DNA of 64,000 nucleotides from a virus (Duplodnaviria; Caudoviricetes): IMG/VR virus record IMGVR_UViG_2883526296_000003, positions 5,997 to 69,996 of that record; one strand, 5' to 3'. Shown piece by piece: positions 47,219 to 55,098 of this stretch (position 1 is its first letter; each line of letters starts with the position of its first letter). The notes under the pieces were generated by a model. It saw only the letters and a program-made list of their open reading frames with translations, ran no database searches and was not told where the DNA came from. The position numbers and the translations under genes were made by a program.

Positions 47219-47265
47219 ATTATAGTCAGATGCTGTGTGGAGGACCCGACGGGGAACTAGGAGCC
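47219..47265. other. attR of the prophage (core GGACC 47242-47246)
   Basis: core matches 6390-6394; CotJC similarity begins here. Confidence 0.85.
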
Positions 47266-47751
47266 ACGCTCAGATACTTATCACAGCGCTATACCATGCC
47301 ATACAAAGAGTGCATCGGTATATTAACCGACATCGGTACAGAGGAAATCGGCCACTTTGAAATGATTGCAACTATCGTACATCAACTGACCAGGGGACTG
47401 ACTATTGAACAGATTAAAGCGGCGGGCTTTGGTGATTACTTTGTAGACCACACTACAGGCATTTATACAGTGTCTGCAGCAGGGGTTCCTTTTGATGCCA
47501 CCTGTTTTGCCTCAAAAGGAGACGCAATCACAGACTTGATGGAAGATATGGCAGCAGAGCAGAAAGCGAGAACTACTTATGACAACATCCTGCGGTTAGC
47601 CGACGACCCGGATGTCATTGAACCAATTAAGTTTTTAAGAGCTCGAGAAGTCGTTCATTTCCAGCGTTTTGGCGAAGCTCTGCGGGTTGTTCAGGATAAC
47701 TTGAACAGCCGGAATTTCTATGCCTTCAACCCAGAATTTGATCGCTGCTAA
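47242..47751 (+). CDS. cotJC: 3' part of cotJC (manganese catalase family spore coat protein)
   Basis: GPDGELGATLRYLSQRY, LTDIGTEEIGHFEM, EDMAAEQKAR.TY, FLRAREVVHFQRFGEAL. Confidence 0.93.
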   Translation, partial: GPDGELGATLRYLSQRYTMPYKECIGILTDIGTEEIGHFEMIATIVHQLTRGLTIEQIKAAGFGDYFVDHTTGIYTVSAAGVPFDATCFASKGDAITDLMEDMAAEQKARTTYDNILRLADDPDVIEPIKFLRAREVVHFQRFGEALRVVQDNLNSRNFYAFNPEFDRC

Positions 47752-47772
47752 TAGGCAGCTTGAAACTAGACA

Positions 47773-47808
47773 AAAAAGAGGAAGCTTGGAGCAGCTTCCT
47801 CTTTTCTT
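47773..47808. terminator. bidirectional terminator between cotJC and the immA-like gene
   Basis: AAAAGAGGAAGCT-tggagc-AGCTTCCTCTTTT. Confidence 0.8.
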
Positions 47809-47842
47809 ATAAAATATGTAAAATTTCATTTGTTACCGTGCC

Positions 47843-48271
47843 TCAATCGTCTCTGCGAATGGGAAATTCCATGCCCAATTTTCGTTCATAATGGCTCATG
47901 CTAGCCCGGACAAATTCTTCATCCAGGTCCAGAAACTCCGCCACATCAGAGGGGGTACGGCAGCCAGCGTTAGCGGCTCGTTCAAAATGTTCGAAAGGAA
48001 GGAGCTTATCAATCGCCCAAGCCCGCGCTTTGTGCTCCTGCTTTACGTTTGAGGTATCGCTTTGGTCTAAAATATTTCCCACTGTAGTATAATAGTGGCC
48101 CAATTCCTCGGCTAGAACGCAAAGTTTTTCCCGATTGTTTATCTTATAATTAATAGCAATTTTAGCTCCTTTACACAACCCCTTCGCATTGGAACTAAAA
48201 TGCTTTTCCTGAACCTGAATTCCTGCGAATTCTGCTTCTTTCATTAGATCTTCATATGTCAAAGACATCAA
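47843..48271 (-). CDS. ImmA/IrrE family metallopeptidase (antirepressor)
   Basis: LAEELGHYYTTVGNILDQ...KQEHKAR.WA motif (EExxH variant); co-transcribed after repressor. Confidence 0.85.
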   Translation of the reverse strand: MMSLTYEDLMKEAEFAGIQVQEKHFSSNAKGLCKGAKIAINYKINNREKLCVLAEELGHYYTTVGNILDQSDTSNVKQEHKARAWAIDKLLPFEHFERAANAGCRTPSDVAEFLDLDEEFVRASMSHYERKLGMEFPIRRDD

Positions 48272-48293
48272 CCCCTTAAATCATTCATCAACA

Positions 48294-48773
48294 CTATAAA
48301 TCTTCTAAGTCCTGCATCATCAGAGCAATCTGCTCTGGAGACATATCGTCATTGTGAGCGGCAATCGGCATCAGATGATCTACCGCTTTTTCTTCCTTTT
48401 CTAAATCGAGAACTTTTCTCGAATAGGTGACGATTTTTTGCTTCCCATCTGGGGAACATCGGGCATAGGTGCTCAACAAGTCCTTTGCGCCGGCAGATAG
48501 TTTGACCGGTTGCTTAAAGGAAGAAATTCGATCTCTGGGTACATCATAGCCCATGAGCCAAGCTTCATTTACGTTCAGTGCCATGCCCAATACGGCCAGC
48601 TTATCCTGATTGGGCTCCACTTTCCCCGACACATACTGGCTGATATCGGATTTATTCATTTTTACCTTATATTTCTCGCAATAAGGCATGGCCATATTTA
48701 AAATATCGATTTGGCGCAGGTTTCTCTCCTCCATCATCATTTTTAACCGCATAGAAGTATTTTCTTTTTTCAT
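48294..48773 (-). CDS. Xre-HTH repressor of the tail cluster
   Basis: RLK.MMEERNLRQIDI...KSDISQYVSGKVEP...LGMALNVNEAWLMGYDVP; C-terminal PIAAH. Confidence 0.88.
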   Translation of the reverse strand: MKKENTSMRLKMMMEERNLRQIDILNMAMPYCEKYKVKMNKSDISQYVSGKVEPNQDKLAVLGMALNVNEAWLMGYDVPRDRISSFKQPVKLSAGAKDLLSTYARCSPDGKQKIVTYSRKVLDLEKEEKAVDHLMPIAAHNDDMSPEQIALMMQDLEDL

Positions 48774-48803
48774 GTTGTCACCGCCTTTAATCAAAATATA
48801 GCA

Positions 48804-48912
48804 TATATTGAACAAAAGTTCAATATAAAAAACAAAAAGTTAAAAAAATTGAATTTTATCTTGACAAAAGGATAAGCACCCTGTAAGATAGAGATAGTTC
48901 AAAACATTTAAC
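48804..48912. promoter_or_regulatory. divergent control region of the tail cluster
   Basis: TTGACA(48861)-N17-TAAGAT; palindrome TATATTGAAC-aaaa-GTTCAATATA; GTTCAA-N4-TTGAAC-like repeats at 48839, 48897 and 49140. Confidence 0.65.
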
Positions 48913-48929
48913 CGAAGAAGGGAAGTCAT

Positions 48930-49214
48930 TTGGTGTTTGATTACAGGAAATTGAGGAAAGAGATTGCTAACAAGTTTAAGACACAAGCAGCCTTTGCCCA
49001 GGCAATGGAATGGTCGGAAAGAACGTTATCGTTAAAATTAAACGGCAAAAGGTTTTGGAAACAGCCGGAAATATGTAAAGCGATACATATATTAGAAGTA
49101 CCTGCGGAATCCATCCAAGAATATTTTTTTACATATTATGTTCAAAATATTGAACTAAAATCAGAAGTGGAAAAGGATTCCATTCTTGCTTCGGCTAATC
49201 AAGAGGTTCAATAA
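48930..49214 (+). CDS. Cro-like regulator (DUF739-like)
   Basis: FDYRKLR..I..KFKTQ.AFA.AM.WSERTLSLKLN.K..W...EI...YFF. Confidence 0.8.
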   Translation: MVFDYRKLRKEIANKFKTQAAFAQAMEWSERTLSLKLNGKRFWKQPEICKAIHILEVPAESIQEYFFTYYVQNIELKSEVEKDSILASANQEVQ

Positions 49215-49327
49215 AACGGCCAAAGATATTTTCTTCTATTTCGCCCTGAGCAAGGCGTTAAAAGGCTTGCTCTATGGCCCAGGATTGGCCCCGATGCAGG
49301 GGTACGTGCAGGAAAGGAGGTGTTTCA

Positions 49328-49759
49328 ATGTTAAATCAAATAATCGAGGGCATAACAGTTCAACTGCAGTCGGCCTTCGGCGAAAACGTGACTGTCTACA
49401 GTGAAGAGAATCAGCAGGAGCTTTTGAAGCCTTGTTTCCTCATTTCCCTGCTTCGTGCAGCCCAGAAGCCTTTTCCGGGAAATCGGTATCACCGGGAGTA
49501 TTCAATGGATATTCAATACTTTCCAGGAGAGGGACAAGCACCAAATCACGATATGAATCAGATCGCTGAAAAGCTTCTAGACGTTCTAGAGTATGTGCAG
49601 ACAGAGGCTGGACAAATCCGTGGCACAAACATGAGCTGTGAGAAGCGTGCCGAAGGTCTCCACTTTTTGGTCAATTATGACCTGTATGTCCGCAAGGAAC
49701 GGACAAGAGAGGAGGCGATGGGTGAATTCGTTATTGCAAGCGGGATAAAGGAGGAATAA
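49328..49759 (+). CDS. tail terminator family protein
   Basis: VYSEE.QQ....PCF.I, RY.R....DIQYFP, LHFLVNY. Confidence 0.75.
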   Translation: MLNQIIEGITVQLQSAFGENVTVYSEENQQELLKPCFLISLLRAAQKPFPGNRYHREYSMDIQYFPGEGQAPNHDMNQIAEKLLDVLEYVQTEAGQIRGTNMSCEKRAEGLHFLVNYDLYVRKERTREEAMGEFVIASGIKEE

Positions 49760-49763
49760 ACCG

Positions 49764-49955
49764 ATGAAAGAAAAAAAGACAGACAAAAGTGCTGGGGATA
49801 AGGCGGCGGCTTTTGCAAAGAATCAGCTCCTAGGTTCAACAAAATATGTCCACAGGCGAGATTTATTAAACGCTTTGCTGAAAGAGGACAAAACGTACAC
49901 TTTGGAGCAGGTGGATGGACTGATTCAGAAATTTATGGAAGGAAAGGTGAAATAA
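49764..49955 (+). CDS. small conserved protein preceding sheath
   Basis: F.K.QLL.S.KY..RRDLLNALL..DKTYT..QVD..I.KFM. Confidence 0.7.
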   Translation: MKEKKTDKSAGDKAAAFAKNQLLGSTKYVHRRDLLNALLKEDKTYTLEQVDGLIQKFMEGKVK

Positions 49956-49956
49956 T

Positions 49957-51264
49957 ATGGCGTTAGGCGGAGGAAATTTTACAACTCAAAACAAAGGACT
50001 GCCAGGTGCATACATTAATTTTGTATCAGCAGCCAGAGCAGATGCGCAGCTTTCAGAGCGGGGGTATGTGGCCATGGCCCTAGAACTGGAATGGGGGCCA
50101 GATGGCGAGGTATTTACGGTAGAAGCCGCAGAAGTGCAGAAGAATGCACAGAAAATTTTTGGTTACGGGTATACCCATGAAAAAATGAAGGGAATCCGAG
50201 ATTTGTTTCGGAATGCCAAAACACTTTATGCGTATCGGCTGAACAGTGGTGTAAAGGCAGAGAATACCTATGCTACGGCCAAATACACAGGGACTCGGGG
50301 CAATGATATTAAAATTGTCATTGCAGCTAATGTGGATGACACCGGAAGCTTTGACGTAAAGACCCTGGTGGATAATGTTCTGGTAGATTCTCAGACGGTA
50401 AGGACTGCTACTGATCTGCTGAGCAATGATTATGTAGACTTTAAAAGTGATGGGACGCTGGAAGCTACCGCAGGAATTGGCTTGACAGGAGGCAGCAACA
50501 AGACGGCCATAACTGGTACCGATTACCAGGGATTCCTAGATAAGATTGAAAGTTACAGCTTCAATACGCTGGGCTGTCTGGCGACAGAAAGTGCGATTTG
50601 CGAGTTATTTACAGCCTTTACCCGTCGTCTCAGAGATGAGAATGGCATGAAGTTCCAGACAGTTCTTTATCGGACTGCTGCTGACTACGAAGGAGTCATC
50701 TCCGTGGAAAATGCGGTGTCAGATTCAGGATGGCCGGCTTCGGCAGCGGTGTATTGGACAGCAGGAGCGGAAGCTGGCTGCGCCATTAATAAGACCAACA
50801 CTAACAAGCTCTACGATGGTGAATTCAGCCTGAATGTAGGCTATAGCCAGATTCAGCTGACGGAAGGTGTAAAAGCTGGGCAATTTATGTTCCACAAAGT
50901 GGGGGACAAGGTTCGGGTGCTAGAAGACCTGAATACCTTTGTCAGCTTTATGGAGGAAAAAAATTCAGATTTTGCCAGCAACCAGACTATACGGGTTCTG
51001 GATCAGATCGGCAACGATATGGCCGTTTTATTCAACGGCAAGTATTTAGGCAACATTCCCAATGACGAATCAGGACGAATCAGTTTCTGGAATGATATTG
51101 TTAAGCATCACCAGGAACTGCAAAAGCTTCGGGCTATTGAGGAATTTTCAGCCAGTGATGTGGTGGTGGAAAAAGGCCAGGATAGAAAAGCCGTATTTGT
51201 TACGGACCGAGTAATGCCAACAAACGCCATGACCCAGCTTTATATGGTTACGGTTATTCAGTAG
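49957..51264 (+). CDS. contractile tail sheath (XkdK-like)
   Basis: MALGGG.FTTQNK.LPGAYINF, A.Y.G.RGN.I, NQTIRVLDQI.ND. Confidence 0.92.
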   Translation: MALGGGNFTTQNKGLPGAYINFVSAARADAQLSERGYVAMALELEWGPDGEVFTVEAAEVQKNAQKIFGYGYTHEKMKGIRDLFRNAKTLYAYRLNSGVKAENTYATAKYTGTRGNDIKIVIAANVDDTGSFDVKTLVDNVLVDSQTVRTATDLLSNDYVDFKSDGTLEATAGIGLTGGSNKTAITGTDYQGFLDKIESYSFNTLGCLATESAICELFTAFTRRLRDENGMKFQTVLYRTAADYEGVISVENAVSDSGWPASAAVYWTAGAEAGCAINKTNTNKLYDGEFSLNVGYSQIQLTEGVKAGQFMFHKVGDKVRVLEDLNTFVSFMEEKNSDFASNQTIRVLDQIGNDMAVLFNGKYLGNIPNDESGRISFWNDIVKHHQELQKLRAIEEFSASDVVVEKGQDRKAVFVTDRVMPTNAMTQLYMVTVIQ

Positions 51265-51286
51265 AAATAGAAAGGAAGGATAGTCT

Positions 51287-51763
51287 ATGTTAAATCATCA
51301 GATCATGAATGCAGAAGATGCAGTAAGCGGCTCCCTGGCGGAGTGCTACATCACTATCGACGGAAACCGATATAACTTCATGCAGTTATATAAGTTTGAA
51401 TCCAAAGTGGAGAAGACCATCTCCGAAGTGCCTATTCTAGGCAGAACCGGTAAGGGCCACAAGGCCACCGGCTGGAAAGGAACTTGGACTGGCACGGCCC
51501 ATTATAATCAGTCTATTATGAGAGAATTACTGCTGACATACAAGGAAAAGGGACTAGATGTACCTTTTGATATCCAGGTTACGAATGAGGATGAGACCTC
51601 ATCCATCGGCAGACAAACTATTATCCATAAGAATTGTCTGACCTCCGGGGGCATCCTGGCTAAATACGATGCCGATGCGGAATACCTGGATGAAGATATC
51701 GAAGGAACCTTTGACGATTTTGAAATGCCAGAAAAGTTCAATTTATTGAACGGCATGCGTTAA
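51287..51763 (+). CDS. tail tube (XkdM-like)
   Basis: EVPILGRTGKGHKATGW.GT, FDIQVTNED.TS.IGRQT, TFDDFE.PEKF. Confidence 0.9.
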   Translation: MLNHQIMNAEDAVSGSLAECYITIDGNRYNFMQLYKFESKVEKTISEVPILGRTGKGHKATGWKGTWTGTAHYNQSIMRELLLTYKEKGLDVPFDIQVTNEDETSSIGRQTIIHKNCLTSGGILAKYDADAEYLDEDIEGTFDDFEMPEKFNLLNGMR

Positions 51764-51889
51764 ATGGGTAAACCATATCTGTGAAATAGAGGATTACATT
51801 ATATAACTTGTCGAGAGCGGACAACGCAAAGGGCGTGTCTCTTTCTGCCCGCTCCGATTTAACCCCCATCAGTAAAGGAGAATATAAAC

Positions 51890-52491
51890 ATGAGTAATTT
51901 AAATGCTTTTTTAAACCAGCACGCAAACCGTCCGCAGCACACAAGCTTTGCTGTTTCCCCACGCTTTGTAGATGAAGAGGGGCAGCCTGTAAAGTGGGAG
52001 CTGCGAAGTCTGACACAAAGTGAAAGCCAAAAACTGAAAAAGGAATGCACAAAAAGAGTTCAGGTACCTGGAAAGAAAGGGATTTTCACTTCGGAAACAG
52101 ACATTGATGATCTGCTTTGCAAGATGGCAGTCGCTTGTACGGTTTTTCCAAATCTGAATGATGTGACGCTGCAAGACAGTTATCAGGTCATGGGAGCAGA
52201 AAATCTTTTGCAGGAGATGCTGCTGCCGGGAGAATATGGCAATTTCATGGAAAAACTCCAGGAGATCAATGGCTTTGATATCTCTATGGAAGATAAGGTA
52301 GAAGAAGCAAAAAACTAATCAAGGAGGGCGACTATGAGGCCAACATGGCTTATTACGTCCTCCACAAGTTCCACATCCTGCCCGGCGATTTTATGGCCTT
52401 GTCGGATGAAGAGCGAGCTTTTGTCTATGCAGCTATCAACGTCCGCCTGGAAGAAGAAAAGAGACAGGCTGCAAAGATGAAAAAGAAATGA
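51890..52491 (+). CDS. tail assembly chaperone (XkdN-like, 51890-52318) with -1 frameshift extension to 52491
   Basis: ends EEAKN on A AAA AAC (52309-52315); -1 frame reads LIKEGDYEANMAYYVLHKFHILP...ERAFVYAAI. Confidence 0.82.
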
Positions 52492-52492
52492 G

Positions 52493-54442
52493 GTGAGAAG
52501 ATTGACGACTATAAACGCATCAATCCAAATGACACAAAATATGTCGGCAGCTATGCAGTCCATTCATGGCAGTACAAATTCGGCCATAAGCAGCTTTGCA
52601 AGTCTGCAATCGGCTATTTCCCAGGCCAATATTCAAATGGAGATCGCAGTCGACAAACAAGAGGATTTTCAGAAAGAGACTGCTGGAAGTATAAAAGGGA
52701 TGACGTTATTAAAAAATGCCATGAGTGGGCTTGGTGTAAGCTTAGATATTCAAAAAGTGCTCCAGCTTTCTGATGCCATGGCACAAACTAAGGCCCGTTT
52801 AAGCCTAATGAATAAAGATGAATCATCCACAGGGGAGCTGCAAAGTAAAATATTTGATTCAGCTAATCGAAGTGGGAATTCCTATGCGAACACGGCCAAC
52901 GCGGTAACCGATTTGGGACTCAATGCCGGAGATTCTTTTCAGAGCAACGATGCGGTAATTGCTTTCGTTGAGCAGGTTAATAAGCAGCTTGCCTTAGGCG
53001 GAACAGCCGCGGATCAGCAGTCCAATGCCATGGCCCAGTTGTCTCAGGCTATGGCGGGAGGAGTTCTCCAGGGCGAGGCCTTGAATACCGTTCTAGATGC
53101 TGCACCAGGCATAGGACGGAGCATCGAGGAATCCATGGGCTGGGCAGAGGGTTCCATCCGTTCTTATGCAGAACAAGGTGCGGTGACCTCCCAAGTTGTA
53201 AGAGATTCCATGTTTGCCATGCAGGGAGCGACCAATGCTGCATTTAATGATATGGGCATGACCTGGCAGCAGGTGGGGAATGTCATGTCTAATAAACTGC
53301 TACAGATGTCTACACCTTTATTGGCATTTATCAATACCCTAGCAAAAAATTGGAGTATTTTAGAACCTATTGTAGTAGGCGTACTTGGTGCTCTGGCATT
53401 GTATAAAGGGGCGGTACTAGCATCAGCGGCAGCAACAGCATTTGCTAGTTTTCATACTGCCCTACTTAACATATTGACTGGAGGAACATCTTTGCGGGTG
53501 GCACTTGCCAATTGGGCTTTAAAAAAACAAGCGGTGGCGACAACAGAGGCGGCTGTGGCTCAATGGGGCCTTAACGCAGCGTTACTGGCCTCTCCCCTTA
53601 CCTGGATTGTCGGTATATTACTCGTGGTAATAGTAACACTTTATGCAGTAGTAGCGTGGATTAACAAAACAAAAGATACAACTATCTCAGCTACAGGACT
53701 AATTGTGGGGGCCTTCTTTGCTTTAGGTGCTATTATTTATAACATAATTGTCGGAGTTATTAATGCGATTATGCAGATCGCATGGACTCGCTTTGCTGAA
53801 CCATGGATTGGAATAATAGAGTGGGTATTAAATGTGTTTAATGGCGGATTTAACAGCTTTGGAGACGCCGTTAAAAACCTACTTGGAAATATTATTTCTT
53901 GGTTTTTATCTCTTGGGAAAGTGGCTACTAAGATTATAGACGCTATTTTTGGAACAAATTGGACAGAAGGTCTTAATGCCTTGCAAGACAAAGTTCTTAA
54001 GTGGGGAAAAAATGATAAGGCAATCACTTTGAACCGGACTGCACCGACTATAAACTCCCGATTAGGCGTAAAGAATTCATTTAACACAGGCTATGGTATG
54101 GGAGAAAATGGTGGAGATGTGCTCAAAGGTATGTTTGATCCTAGGGCACTTGATAATTTTAATCCAAATGGTGAGGAAACTGCTGCTAATGTGGCAGGCA
54201 TCGCAGGCAACACCGGCAGTATGGCCGATTCCATGTCTGTCTCTGAGGAAGACATGACTTATCTGCGAGACATTGCAGAGCGGGAAGCCATCAACCGCTT
54301 CACTACGGCGGAAATCAAAGTAGAGATGGCCAACAGTTTCGGTGACGTTCGAGAGACCGCTGATGTAGACGGTATCATCAGTTATCTGGCATATAAAATA
54401 GAGGAACAGATGGCCGTATCCGCGGAAGGGGTGTATATATAA
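52493..54442 (+). CDS. tape measure protein of tail cluster
   Basis: AMAQLSQAMAGGVLQGEALN tape-measure domain; C-terminal YLRDIAEREAINRFTTAEIKV. Confidence 0.9.
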   Translation: MRRLTTINASIQMTQNMSAAMQSIHGSTNSAISSFASLQSAISQANIQMEIAVDKQEDFQKETAGSIKGMTLLKNAMSGLGVSLDIQKVLQLSDAMAQTKARLSLMNKDESSTGELQSKIFDSANRSGNSYANTANAVTDLGLNAGDSFQSNDAVIAFVEQVNKQLALGGTAADQQSNAMAQLSQAMAGGVLQGEALNTVLDAAPGIGRSIEESMGWAEGSIRSYAEQGAVTSQVVRDSMFAMQGATNAAFNDMGMTWQQVGNVMSNKLLQMSTPLLAFINTLAKNWSILEPIVVGVLGALALYKGAVLASAAATAFASFHTALLNILTGGTSLRVALANWALKKQAVATTEAAVAQWGLNAALLASPLTWIVGILLVVIVTLYAVVAWINKTKDTTISATGLIVGAFFALGAIIYNIIVGVINAIMQIAWTRFAEPWIGIIEWVLNVFNGGFNSFGDAVKNLLGNIISWFLSLGKVATKIIDAIFGTNWTEGLNALQDKVLKWGKNDKAITLNRTAPTINSRLGVKNSFNTGYGMGENGGDVLKGMFDPRALDNFNPNGEETAANVAGIAGNTGSMADSMSVSEEDMTYLRDIAEREAINRFTTAEIKVEMANSFGDVRETADVDGIISYLAYKIEEQMAVSAEGVYI

Positions 54443-55098
54443 TGGCTTATGAAATGCGTTTAAACGGAATGCTGCTGCCGGTGACCCCGGAGAAATTGCA
54501 GCGAAAAGTTAAAAACCAAAATGAGACGGTTACCTTGATTGATGGAAGCGAGGTAAATTTGCTAAAAGCTCCTGGACTAATGGAGATTGAGTTAGAGGCT
54601 TTGCTGCCGCAGACAATGTATCCTTTTGCTATATATCCCGATGGATTCCAACCTGCCGAATACTACCTGGATGAACTAAAACGGCTCAAGGATGACAAAA
54701 AGGCATTTACGTTCACTGTGACTAGAGAGAGCCCTTCAGGGCAGAAGCTGTTTTATACCGAAATGGAAGTCTCCTTAGAGGATTACACTATAGCGGAATC
54801 TGCCGACAACGGGCAAGATGTAATGGTGTCCATAACGCTGAAAGAATATAGGCCTTATGGCACAAAGCGGCCTCCTGTAGTTTCTGTCGACCCTCAGGGT
54901 GTTACGACTATTTCCGTCGTAGAATCTCGTCCAGCTAAAGAACCTGCGGCATCTTACACGGTAAAAGCCGGGGATAAACTGTGGGATATATGTAAAGTCC
55001 ACCTGGGCGATGGGAGGCGGTATTCAGAAATTGCCAAATTAAATGGTATCTCTAACCCCAATTTAATTTTCGCAGGGCAGGTGATTCGTCTTGGCTGA
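54442..55098 (+). CDS. LysM-containing tube initiator (XkdP-like)
   Basis: LPVTPEKL; YTVKAGDKLWDI...IAKLNGISNPNLIFAGQVI LysM. Confidence 0.88.
   Translation: MAYEMRLNGMLLPVTPEKLQRKVKNQNETVTLIDGSEVNLLKAPGLMEIELEALLPQTMYPFAIYPDGFQPAEYYLDELKRLKDDKKAFTFTVTRESPSGQKLFYTEMEVSLEDYTIAESADNGQDVMVSITLKEYRPYGTKRPPVVSVDPQGVTTISVVESRPAKEPAASYTVKAGDKLWDICKVHLGDGRRYSEIAKLNGISNPNLIFAGQVIRLG

Larger units (their letters stand above)
6390..47246. mobile_element. temperate siphovirus-type prophage (~40.9 kb) integrated inside cotJC
   Basis: integrase, immunity, replication, packaging, head, tail and lysis modules in canonical order between the two cotJC halves. Confidence 0.93.

Noticed and set aside
47215-47751. 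Track ORF as a stand-alone 178-aa catalase starting at TTG 47215
   Set aside because: No RBS, the start lies in a terminator/att arm, and the conserved CotJC N-terminus is at 6300 instead
51764-51860. c-di-GMP-I riboswitch suggested by GGGTAAACC...GCAAAG
   Set aside because: Spacing and pairing do not fit the P2/P3 architecture by eye; kept only as a generic hairpin
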